Assembly: GCA_017445905.1 (NCBI GenBank)
Contig: JAFSRX010000013.1
Location: 15,815 to 79,814 of the forward strand
Direction of reading: 5' to 3'
Length of the DNA: 64,000 nucleotides
Origin: Eubacterium sp.
GTDB taxonomy: Bacteria > Bacillota > Clostridia > Oscillospirales > Acutalibacteraceae
A program made the position numbers and the translations under genes. Numbering within the stretch: position 1 is the first letter of the stretch; each line of letters opens with the position of its first letter. This document shows, one piece after another, positions 45,892 to 54,456 of this stretch. The notes under the pieces were generated by a model that saw only the letters and a list, made by a program, of their open reading frames with translations, was not told the DNA's origin and searched no databases.

Positions 45892-46779
45892 ATGAAAAAA
45901 CTAAGCAACAAGACTAAAGGAATTATATGTATTCTCTTTTCCGCTTTATGTTTCAGCGGTATGAGCTCATTTATCAACCTTTCGGGCGACCTTCCGATTG
46001 CCCAGAAGGTTTTCTTTCGAAATCTTGTCGCCTTTTTTATCGCTGCGGGCGCGCTTATAAAGAACCACGAGAGCTTTAAGCCTGTTAAAGGCGCTTTGCC
46101 TTTTCATTTTCTGCGCTCGGCTATCGGTCTTTTGGGCGTTTACGGAAATTTCTATGCAACAACCCATATGACGCATACAGCAGATGCGGCAATGCTGAAT
46201 AAACTCAGTCCGTTTTTTACATTGATTTTTTCGGCGCTCTTCTTAAAAGAAAAGGTTAAACCGAAACAAGCCCTTGCAATTTTAGGCGCTTTTATCGGTT
46301 CCATGTTTGTTATAAAGCCGACATTATCAAATGTTGAGCAGTTGCCGTCGCTTGCAGGACTTATCGGAGGCCTTGGAGCAGGAGCGGCATATACCTGCGT
46401 TCGCCATCTCGGAAATATCGGCGAAAACTCAAGATTTACTGTTTTTCATTTTTCTGCTTTCTCAATAGCGTTAACGCTTCCATTTTTCATTATCAGCTAT
46501 AAGCCGATGACTTCAAAAGAGTTTATATGCTTGCTTCTTGTCGGCGTTTGTGCTGCGGGAGGGCAGTTCGGAATTACCGCTGCATATACCTACGCTCCGA
46601 GCAGGGAAATATCGGTTTATGATTATTCAAATATTGTTTTCGTTGCGATTGAAGGATATCTGTTTTTGGGTCACCAGATACCCGATATTCTATCGATTGT
46701 GGGTTATATTACCATCTGCATAATGGCAATCTGGATGTTCATATACAACAACAAGGGAACAGGACTTCAAAAGCAATAA
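45892..46779 (+). CDS. EamA/DMT-family transporter
   Basis: About 10 TM helices in two EamA repeats; LSPFFT..FS..FLKEK. Confidence 0.88.
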   Translation: MKKLSNKTKGIICILFSALCFSGMSSFINLSGDLPIAQKVFFRNLVAFFIAAGALIKNHESFKPVKGALPFHFLRSAIGLLGVYGNFYATTHMTHTADAAMLNKLSPFFTLIFSALFLKEKVKPKQALAILGAFIGSMFVIKPTLSNVEQLPSLAGLIGGLGAGAAYTCVRHLGNIGENSRFTVFHFSAFSIALTLPFFIISYKPMTSKEFICLLLVGVCAAGGQFGITAAYTYAPSREISVYDYSNIVFVAIEGYLFLGHQIPDILSIVGYITICIMAIWMFIYNNKGTGLQKQ

Positions 46780-46782
46780 AAT

Positions 46783-46841
46783 CATCAATATGTTGTTGTA
46801 AAGTAAAAGCACTTGCATTTTTCTATATCTTGTGTTATAAT
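46783..46841 (+). promoter_or_regulatory. nrdR promoter with two candidate NrdR boxes
   Basis: TTGCAT-17 nt-TATAAT (46813-46841); CAATATGTTG (46786) and CTATATCTTGtgt (46823) match the acaCwAtATaTwGtgt core. Confidence 0.55.
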
Positions 46842-46877
46842 GCATTTTGTAGCGAATTTTCATAAGGAGGATTTATT

Positions 46878-47327
46878 ATGAAATGTCCATTTTGTTCTTT
46901 TACAGACAGTAAGGTTATTGATTCAAGACCTACTGACGAAAATGAACGCATAAGAAGAAGGAGAGAATGCCTTCAGTGCGGAAAAAGGTTTACAACTTAT
47001 GAAATAATTGAAGATGTTCCTATTATCGTTATTAAAAAGGATAAGTCCCGTGAAGTTTTCGACAGAAATAAGATTTTAAAGGGAATGCTCAGAGCTTGCG
47101 AGAAAAGGCATGTAACCGTTGCCGACCTTGAAACAAAGATTTCGGAAATTGAGGCTTCGCTCCAGAGCTCTGTAGATAGGGAAGTAACCTCTGCAAGAAT
47201 CGGCGAGCTTATTATGGAAAAGCTCAAGGAAATCGACGAGGTTGCATATGTTCGCTTTGCATCAGTTTATAAAGAGTTCGACAGCGCAGAGTCTTTCAGA
47301 GAAGAACTTGCGAAACTAAATGACTAA
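46878..47327 (+). CDS. nrdR: Transcriptional repressor NrdR
   Basis: [34 protein letters not shown] cone, [10 protein letters not shown]. Confidence 0.97.
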   Translation: MKCPFCSFTDSKVIDSRPTDENERIRRRRECLQCGKRFTTYEIIEDVPIIVIKKDKSREVFDRNKILKGMLRACEKRHVTVADLETKISEIEASLQSSVDREVTSARIGELIMEKLKEIDEVAYVRFASVYKEFDSAESFREELAKLND

Positions 47328-47333
47328 AAATTT

Positions 47334-47365
47334 AACTGCACCGCATAATTCGCGGTGCAGTTTTA
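47334..47365 (+). terminator. Terminator after nrdR
   Basis: 11-bp stem aactgcaccgc/gcggtgcagtt followed by T's. Confidence 0.82.
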
Positions 47366-47399
47366 TAATGTATTAGGGGTCAGACCCCTAATACATTAT
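47365..47399. repeat. Perfect 35-bp palindrome (GGGGTCAGACCCC core), REP-like
   Basis: ataatgtattaggggtc-a-gacccctaatacattat: 17-bp perfect arms, 1-nt loop. Confidence 0.75.
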
Positions 47400-47647
47400 G
47401 CTTGCATATTGGTAAACTTTTGTTTTAGAGTATTGATTTTATCCTGCTGTGCAGTATCGGTCTGATACCAGCCCTTTTCCTGCATTTTCTTATAGATATC
47501 ATCCTGCATACAAAGTGACTCGTTGAGTGCGTTTTTAAAGGTCTGATTGATGTTCTGGGTTGATGATTCAATAGCACCGTGCATATATAAATCGCAAACC
47601 CCTTTTTCAAGCAGGAGAATATCCTGCATTAAATTTTTATCGTCCAT
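47396..47647 (-). CDS. Coat F domain spore coat protein
   Basis: MDDKNLMQDILLLEKG...Y....IES........F...L.....MQ..IY..M..KGWY. Confidence 0.8.
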   Translation of the reverse strand: MDDKNLMQDILLLEKGVCDLYMHGAIESSTQNINQTFKNALNESLCMQDDIYKKMQEKGWYQTDTAQQDKINTLKQKFTNMQA

Positions 47648-47657
47648 TTTCTTCTCC

Positions 47658-47831
47658 TTATAAAAGATTCATAAAACTCTGAAAAATCTGCTGATGCTTT
47701 CCCGTCATTGTCTGAACAGTGTTTCTGAGTTCACTGTCCTGAACATTGTTGATAATTTCGCTGCATTTTGTCTGAAAATACTGCTCGTGGCCAAGAGCAT
47801 CTTCAACATATAAAAGTTCCTTTGATGTCAT
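47658..47831 (-). CDS. Small spore-coat-associated protein
   Basis: MTSKELLYVEDAL..E..., GGAGGTG RBS; typical partner upstream of coat F genes. Confidence 0.7.
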   Translation of the reverse strand: MTSKELLYVEDALGHEQYFQTKCSEIINNVQDSELRNTVQTMTGKHQQIFQSFMNLL

Positions 47832-47931
47832 TTCTTTCACCTCCGCAGTAGTAGTTTTAACAAATAATTGAAATTTATTCCTTTTAGTGATATAATATGA
47901 GCAGTGGTGATATGAAGAAAACAATTTAATA

Positions 47932-47953
47932 GGTACAGAGAACCGTCCCCTGT
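47932..47953 (+). repeat. REP-like hairpin, left of the LRR gene
   Basis: ggtacagagaaccgtcccctgt; 20/22 identical to the reverse complement of 49790-49811. Confidence 0.7.
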
Positions 47954-48010
47954 GTTTCTTGTAACGAAGCAATATAGCTTTAATGATAAAAAACATAAAA
48001 GGAGATTAAT

Positions 48011-49690
48011 ATGAAAAAGTTTTCACAATCCGTATTATCAATTATTATGGTCTTATTAATTATTACCGGTTCCGGAATTTCAGCTTATGCCGCAGATGAC
48101 CTTACAAGCGGATGCTGCGGCGAAAATGTTAAGTATAAGTTTGAAAGCAGTACCGGTACTTTGACTATTTACGGTAAAGGCAAAATGAAGGATTACGGCG
48201 ACCCGAACGACGCTTGGGAGCCAAAAGAAGAATCGCCATTCTCTGACAAAAAGAAAATAAAGCACATTATTGTCAAAAAAGGCGTTAAAAGAATCGGCGA
48301 CAGGGCGTTTTATAATTGTACGCGTGTTGTTAGTGTAACCATGTCGAACACAGTTAAGTCAATTGGAGAACGTGCTTTTTTAAACTGTGATAAATGGGAA
48401 GATATTACTCTTCCCGATAACCTGACGAGTATTGGATGTTACGCATTTGCCAATGATCATCATTATAGTAGTGATGATTATGAAAAAGGTGTAAGGTACA
48501 TCGGCAAATACTTAGTGGAAACATATGAGGGATGGGATAAGGTACCGAAGAATTACACCATTAAAGACGGAACTGAGTTAATTGCAGATGACGCATTTTA
48601 CAATATAACGTTAAAAACAATTAAAATGCCCGACACGGTTAAATATATTGGTGATGGTGCATTTAGTTACTGTACTTCGCTTAAAAGCATTAAGCTTTCA
48701 AAAAATATTAAATCCGTCGGTTCAAATTGCTTCGATGCTTGTTTCAAGCTTTCATCAATTAGTATACCAAAGACTATAAAAACGATACCTGGCGGGGCAT
48801 TTAATAATTGCAAAGCGCTTAAATCCATTAAGATACCGTCTAACATTAAAAGTATTGGCGACAGTGCGTTTAGTGGATGCAACTCACTTAAATCCGTTAC
48901 TATACCTTCCAATATTGAAAGCGTAGATGGCGGTGCATTTGCCGAATGCAAAAATCTTGAAAAAGTAACTATTAAAAAAGGCGTTAAAAAAATCGGTGAT
49001 TACTGTTTTATTGAGGATAAAAAACTTAAAACGGTTACTCTGCCTAAAGGATTAAAAGAAATAGGTGAGGGTGCTTTTTCCAAATGTAACAAGCTTGAAA
49101 AGATTACCATTCCTAAAAGTGTTACCAAAATAAAGAAAGATACATTTTATTGTTGCAAGGGTCTAAAAAAAGCTACAATAAATAACAAAGTAATTTCAAA
49201 AGCCGAATTCTTTGGGTGTGAAAATCTTACCACTGTTGTCATTGCTAAGGGAGCAAAAAAGATTCCCGATTATGCATTTAAAGAATGCTTTAAATTATCA
49301 AAAATAAATATTCCGTCGACCGTTAAAACAATTGGCCTTGATGCTTTTCGCGAAGATTTTAAGCTTAAAAAAATTGTAATACCAAAGTCTGTAAAAACAA
49401 TTAAAGAAGCGGCATTTATGGAATGTGAAAAGCTTAAAACAGTAAAGCTGCACAAAGGACTTAAAACAATAGGCGTGGATTGTTTTGGCAGCACAGCGAT
49501 TAAAACGATAACAATCCCGAGCTCTGTTAAAAAAATAGGCTCACACGCAATTGGCTTTAAAGTCGGATGGAATTATGACCGCAATGTCAGAACTTACTCA
49601 AAAAAGTCGGGAATAACAATCAAGGGCAAGAAAAAGTCTGCAGCTAAAAAGTACGCAAATAAATACAACTTTAAATTTAAAGCAGTATAG
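48011..49690 (+). CDS. Secreted Lys-rich BspA-type LRR protein
   Basis: Signal peptide, GCCGENV...GTLTIYGKG head, many TpLRR repeats, AAKKYANKYNFKF cap; no anchor domain recognised. Confidence 0.88.
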   Translation: MKKFSQSVLSIIMVLLIITGSGISAYAADDLTSGCCGENVKYKFESSTGTLTIYGKGKMKDYGDPNDAWEPKEESPFSDKKKIKHIIVKKGVKRIGDRAFYNCTRVVSVTMSNTVKSIGERAFLNCDKWEDITLPDNLTSIGCYAFANDHHYSSDDYEKGVRYIGKYLVETYEGWDKVPKNYTIKDGTELIADDAFYNITLKTIKMPDTVKYIGDGAFSYCTSLKSIKLSKNIKSVGSNCFDACFKLSSISIPKTIKTIPGGAFNNCKALKSIKIPSNIKSIGDSAFSGCNSLKSVTIPSNIESVDGGAFAECKNLEKVTIKKGVKKIGDYCFIEDKKLKTVTLPKGLKEIGEGAFSKCNKLEKITIPKSVTKIKKDTFYCCKGLKKATINNKVISKAEFFGCENLTTVVIAKGAKKIPDYAFKECFKLSKINIPSTVKTIGLDAFREDFKLKKIVIPKSVKTIKEAAFMECEKLKTVKLHKGLKTIGVDCFGSTAIKTITIPSSVKKIGSHAIGFKVGWNYDRNVRTYSKKSGITIKGKKKSAAKKYANKYNFKFKAV

Positions 49691-49789
49691 CATCATAGCA
49701 AAACCGAATTATTGATTAAAAGCACCTTGCAGCAAAAGCTGTTTGGTGCTTTACTTGGTATCAGCCAATAAACCCCCTGCTATGTAGGT

Positions 49790-49811
49790 ACAGGGGACGG
49801 TTCCCTGTATC
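49790..49811 (-). repeat. REP-like hairpin, right of the LRR gene
   Basis: acaggggacggttccctgtatc; inverted relative to 47932-47953. Confidence 0.7.
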
Positions 49812-49880
49812 TAAAATATGCAAATTACTTCTATGTTTACTTTTAATTCTTTTCGTGATAGAATTAAATCGGTGATAAAA

Positions 49881-50570
49881 ATGAACGAAATAAAAGATTT
49901 TTTATATGAAAATCAGGATATTGATTACCGTGATTTTCAGTCAAAGCTGATTCCAAATGTTGATAAAAGCTATTTCATCGGAGTGAGAACTCCCGTTTTA
50001 AGAAAATATGCAAAAGAGCTATTAAAAGAGGGGAAAACAGCGGCTTTTCTCAGCGAGCTTCCTCATCAGTTCTTTGATGAAAATCAGCTCCACGCATTTA
50101 TTATCAGCGGCATAAAAAATTTTGATGAATGTATTGAAAAAGTTGAAAAGTTTCTGCCCTATATAGACAACTGGGCAACCTGCGACCAATTAAGTCCCAA
50201 ATGCTTTTCAAAGAACAAAAATGAGCTTCTCAAACATATTGATAATTGGATTAAAAGCAAAAAAACATACATAGTGCGCTTTGCAATCGGAATGCTGATG
50301 AGCCATTTTCTTGATGATGATTTTGATGAAAAATACCTTAAAGCAGTTTCATCGGTTAAATCAGATGAATACTATATCAATATGATGATTGCGTGGTTCT
50401 TTGCAACAGCACTTGCAAAGCAATATGAAAAAACTCTTCCGTATATCGAAAATGAAACTCTCGATATCTGGACTCATAATAAGGCAATTCAAAAAGCAGT
50501 TGAGAGTTATCGAATAACGGATGAACAAAAAGCATATTTAAAAACACTGAAAATCAAAACCCGAGGTTAG
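49881..50570 (+). CDS. DNA alkylation repair protein (AlkD-like HEAT-repeat family)
   Basis: IGVRTPVLR, IDNWATCD, YYINMMIAWFFATALAK. GGTG RBS fits ATG 49881. Confidence 0.88.
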   Translation: MNEIKDFLYENQDIDYRDFQSKLIPNVDKSYFIGVRTPVLRKYAKELLKEGKTAAFLSELPHQFFDENQLHAFIISGIKNFDECIEKVEKFLPYIDNWATCDQLSPKCFSKNKNELLKHIDNWIKSKKTYIVRFAIGMLMSHFLDDDFDEKYLKAVSSVKSDEYYINMMIAWFFATALAKQYEKTLPYIENETLDIWTHNKAIQKAVESYRITDEQKAYLKTLKIKTRG

Positions 50571-50580
50571 TCCTCGGGTT
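50558..50580. terminator. Bidirectional terminator spanning two overlapping stop codons
   Basis: aacccgagg-ttagt-cctcgggtt. Confidence 0.7.
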
Positions 50581-51154
50581 CAATTATATTTTTTAATTCT
50601 GTTTTAGTCATATTGTTGTTAAGATATGACAGCAGGGAAGAGGTTGAAAGAAACTCGGGAAGGTCGAGCGCCTTTAAGAGTTTCTTTTTATTCTCCTTTG
50701 CATTAGGTGCTCCCGAAAGTCCGAGTTCAAACAAATCATAATTTGTTATTGGGTCGGGATTATTTTTAATTTCACAGTTAATTTTTGCCTTTTCGAATGC
50801 TTTCAGCAGAGTTTTTGCCTCCATTCCCTCAACGCCGAGCTTGCCCTCTTTTGAGGGGGCATTTTTTCTTTTTTCCTTGCCGTATATGTCGGGAATATAA
50901 ACGTTGGTAATTCTGTCTTTTGGTATTGCCGAGGAGAGATGATTTCTTATCATAAAGCCTGCGGAATCCGAATCGGTGAGAATGATTATTCCTCTTTCCT
51001 CTGCCAGCTTTTTAATGAAGCCAAGCTTTTCCTTATCCTTGAATACCGAAAAGCCGTTTGTTTCAATAATAAAAGCATCGATGATATTTGAGAGCTTAAT
51101 CTTATCGTATTTTCCCTCAACTATAACCGCCTGATTTATCTTGATTTTGTCCAT
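50567..51154 (-). CDS. rnmV: Ribonuclease M5 (Toprim plus DUF4093)
   Basis: AVIVEGKYD, IILTDSDSAGFMIR, GKLGVEG. True start MDKIKINQ at 51154. Confidence 0.85.
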   Translation of the reverse strand: MDKIKINQAVIVEGKYDKIKLSNIIDAFIIETNGFSVFKDKEKLGFIKKLAEERGIIILTDSDSAGFMIRNHLSSAIPKDRITNVYIPDIYGKEKRKNAPSKEGKLGVEGMEAKTLLKAFEKAKINCEIKNNPDPITNYDLFELGLSGAPNAKENKKKLLKALDLPEFLSTSSLLSYLNNNMTKTELKNIIEPED

Positions 51155-51157
51155 TAT

Positions 51158-51436
51158 TAGGTAGGCTGGATTCGGAATCAAACCGTTTCTCAGCTGTCCT
51201 TTCTTGATATTTTCGCCGCAATCTTCTCGATTTACGACAGTAAAACTTCGTCGATTGGCGACGAAACTATCTAATAAATTACTGGCTGAGAAATGCGCAG
51301 CAGTTTTCAGATAGCAGATTTTCTTTAAGACAAAACAAAATTTCGCAGGAATACTTGCGTCTTTCAAGAAATTTTGGGAAGTATTAATGGAAATATGCAT
51401 CTGAAAACCGATTCGATTCCGATTCCAGCCTGCCTA
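51158..51436. mobile_element. 275-bp MITE-like element with ~34-bp imperfect terminal inverted repeats and a TA duplication
   Basis: 51160-51193 is the inverted repeat of 51401-51434; TA on both sides; removing it restores AGGAG-7 nt-ATG for rnmV. Confidence 0.75.
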
Positions 51437-52468
51437 TGCTCCTATAATAAGAAGCTTTGCAACTGTTTCTTCAAGCAAAAGGTTTTTATCAACAGAACTT
51501 GATTTCATAAGCTCGTCAGTATTCTGAAGAACATCTATTGATTCTCTTAGATTTTCAACGGATATGTTTCTACAGTCACGCGAAGCATTTCTGATTATAA
51601 AGTCCCTTCCTTTATAAGAATAGTACTGCGCAATTTCAAACTCACTGACATTCGCTGATTTAGCGCATTTAACCCTGTACATATCAACATAGTATGAAGA
51701 AACAACCGAAAGAATTGAAATGGGATCTTCCTTCTGAGCGAACAGGGCGTTTAAAACATTATAAGCGCCGTCGCTGTTTGATGAGAGAATGAATTTCGAA
51801 AGGTCATAGACTCTTGCCTGGAGCGATTTAACGGCAAGCTCATCTATTTCTTCTTTTGTTATCTCCTTTGATTTTGAAAAAGCACAGATTTTTTCAAGCT
51901 CGTTAAAAAGCGTCTGTATATCATTTCCGACAAGACTGATAAGATATCTTGCGTTATTTAAATCAATAGTGCATTCTCTTTTTTTAGCAAAGCTGACGAG
52001 CAGTTTTGCGAGCTCGCCTTCAGTTCTTTTTTCAAGATTGACGCTGCTTCCTGCTTTTGCAAAGACAGTTTCTATCGATTTCCATTTAGCGCTCTTCTTT
52101 AAATCTATTTCAATATTGTCATACCAGAAAACAAGAACGCAGGTTTCGGGAATATCCTTGAAAAACTCCTTGAGTGCAGTAACATCTTCGCTCGATTTAT
52201 CAAGAGGGTAGTCGCAAACAAGAATAAAAGTGTAATCGCTCATCATCGGAAGAGTCTGAGCGTCCTGAAGAATATCTTCAATAGTAGCGATTTTAGAATC
52301 ATATTGATGAAAGTTGAAATCAGCAAATGCACCGTTTGCGAGCTTGCTTTTAAACTTCTTTATATAAAATTCTTTGAGATAATTCTCTTCGCCGAAAATA
52401 AAATAAACATTTGAAAAAGAGCCGCTTTTTATCTGCTCTTTAAGCTCGGCTTCGTTTATTCTTGCCAT
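51434..52468 (-). CDS. holA: DNA polymerase III delta subunit
   Basis: VYFIFGEENYLK, LPMMSD, NELEKI; syntenic with comEC. Confidence 0.9.
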   Translation of the reverse strand: MARINEAELKEQIKSGSFSNVYFIFGEENYLKEFYIKKFKSKLANGAFADFNFHQYDSKIATIEDILQDAQTLPMMSDYTFILVCDYPLDKSSEDVTALKEFFKDIPETCVLVFWYDNIEIDLKKSAKWKSIETVFAKAGSSVNLEKRTEGELAKLLVSFAKKRECTIDLNNARYLISLVGNDIQTLFNELEKICAFSKSKEITKEEIDELAVKSLQARVYDLSKFILSSNSDGAYNVLNALFAQKEDPISILSVVSSYYVDMYRVKCAKSANVSEFEIAQYYSYKGRDFIIRNASRDCRNISVENLRESIDVLQNTDELMKSSSVDKNLLLEETVAKLLIIGA

Positions 52469-54456
52469 ATGTTAACCCTCCTTACTCTGTAGTTATTATC
52501 TGAAATACGATAGATTATATCTCCGTTTTCAAGCTCAATATATCCGTTTTTATCCTTGCATACCTTATTTATTATGCAAATATCACTTTTATCTGATGAT
52601 GTATTATTTTTGGAAATTTCAATATTGTTTGCTTTAGCAGTGAAATTATATAGCTCTCTCTTAGTTTTGTAATCTATTTTAAGCTTATCCGATATTTCTT
52701 TTTTGTATGTTCGATATATAATTCTGTTACAGTTTAGTTCATCTGCAAGCAGTGATGAATACTGGTTTTTGATATTAGTTCCGATGAAGTCAACTGAATT
52801 ATTCCTAGTTGAAATGAATTTTCTCAGAGAATAGTAATCGCCTTTTGAATTAACTCCGAAAACGGCAGTACTGCTATTTTCGCAAATTGCAACTGCGCCA
52901 TTTTGAGTGACATACATATATGTTGCAGAATTGTTTAACGCCGACATTGAGAAAACCGAAACAACGGCGAAAACAAATGAAATAACCAAAGCCGTTTTAA
53001 TATGCTTTTTATTAATGATAAAGCATATTGCAAGAATAATCAATATTATTGCGGCAACTAATCCGAAATAATTTTCAAAATTTATTATCGCAAATCTCAT
53101 AGAAGCAAATTTTTCAACAATGATGAGAATAGCTCGGTTAACTATTCTGCTCAGAAAAATGAATGGCGCGCCGATTTTTATTCTTATGAAAAAGTTTGTT
53201 AAAAGAGTTAAAATTGTTGCAAAGCTTCCAAGCGGGATGAGAATTACTCCCGAAACAAGAGCAACAAGCGAAACATACCCGAAAAAGAGATAGTATGCAC
53301 AGATTGAATAAGCCATAATGCACAGAGCAGAGGCAAGGGCTTTTAACAAGTATCTGAACGCATTGTTTAATGAGTGGTTTCTGAACAATTTCGAAGCGCT
53401 TATTTTCTTTTCAAAATAAGGATAGCCGGTGCAAAGCGATAAAACACATAGAACACTCAAAACTGCTCCCGCATCGCAAACCGCAAATGGGTTGATTGCA
53501 ATAATGAAGACCGCAAGTCCAAGAGAATTAAGCGGGTCACTATGCCTCCCAAATAAATTACCTAGCATTAAAATGCTCATCATAATTCCCGCTCTGACAA
53601 CGGATTTTGAAAATCCGCAAAGCGCACAGTAATATGCGATAACTCCGAGAGTTAAACAGAAGGATGCTTTATCGGGTAATCTGAGCTTTTTAAGAAGCAG
53701 AAGAATAAATGAACTGATTGCAGTTAAATGAAGTCCGCTGACAGCCATGAGATGAGCAGCGCCCGAAATTCTGAAATTGGTATATATTTCAGGTGAAATA
53801 TCCGATTTATCGCCGATAATAAGCGCCTGAGAAAGTGCGCCTTCATCACCGCCGATTGCACTCAGCCGATTTTTGATACCCTGTCTGGCATTAATTATGT
53901 ATTTCATCGGCGAGCTGACGTATGCTTTTGTCGGAATACAATTAACAGGCTTTGACGAAAGGAAAATATTCTTTCCCCAGTAGCCATAGGAAGAAAATGC
54001 GTTATCTGCAATTCTGTGAAAAACAAGCCGTCCTTTTATTATCTGATAACATTCTGCATTAATCGGATATTTTGTTTTAAGGCGAACTTTTATATTCTGA
54101 GGTGAATTGGGGTAGTTGATTTTTGTAGTTTTAATGATATATGAATATTCGCCGCTGTCGTTTTGCTGAGGCAGTTCGACTATATAAAACTCACATTCAG
54201 CGTTTGAATTATTAAGAATTTGCGCAGGAGCAACATATAAATTCATTGTAAGAGTGAAAATCAAACATGCGAAAACAGCCGCACCCAGACAAATGGGAAC
54301 GGCGAGAGCCTCTTTGTATTTCTTAATAATAAGGCTTGCAATTAAAAGAACTGCAAGCCCGATTATAACATATAAATCATATTTTGCCGGAATGAGGTTT
54401 AACACAAGCATTGTTGTTGCAAATGAAAAACCTATATGTGCAAAAACTCGTTTCAT
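52456..54456 (-). CDS. comEC: ComEC/Rec2 competence channel protein
   Basis: GAAHLMAVSGLHL, SVVRAGIM, multi-TM; C-terminal metallo-beta-lactamase domain degenerate or absent. Confidence 0.88.
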   Translation of the reverse strand: MKRVFAHIGFSFATTMLVLNLIPAKYDLYVIIGLAVLLIASLIIKKYKEALAVPICLGAAVFACLIFTLTMNLYVAPAQILNNSNAECEFYIVELPQQNDSGEYSYIIKTTKINYPNSPQNIKVRLKTKYPINAECYQIIKGRLVFHRIADNAFSSYGYWGKNIFLSSKPVNCIPTKAYVSSPMKYIINARQGIKNRLSAIGGDEGALSQALIIGDKSDISPEIYTNFRISGAAHLMAVSGLHLTAISSFILLLLKKLRLPDKASFCLTLGVIAYYCALCGFSKSVVRAGIMMSILMLGNLFGRHSDPLNSLGLAVFIIAINPFAVCDAGAVLSVLCVLSLCTGYPYFEKKISASKLFRNHSLNNAFRYLLKALASALCIMAYSICAYYLFFGYVSLVALVSGVILIPLGSFATILTLLTNFFIRIKIGAPFIFLSRIVNRAILIIVEKFASMRFAIINFENYFGLVAAIILIILAICFIINKKHIKTALVISFVFAVVSVFSMSALNNSATYMYVTQNGAVAICENSSTAVFGVNSKGDYYSLRKFISTRNNSVDFIGTNIKNQYSSLLADELNCNRIIYRTYKKEISDKLKIDYKTKRELYNFTAKANNIEISKNNTSSDKSDICIINKVCKDKNGYIELENGDIIYRISDNNYRVRRVNIWQE

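Noticed and set aside
51155-51400. 82-aa N-terminal extension of RNase M5, and a 6S RNA reading of the same DNA
   Set aside because: The extension is read-through of the inserted element. The TA duplication and the restored SD on removal favour a MITE; no 6S-type central bubble was identified.
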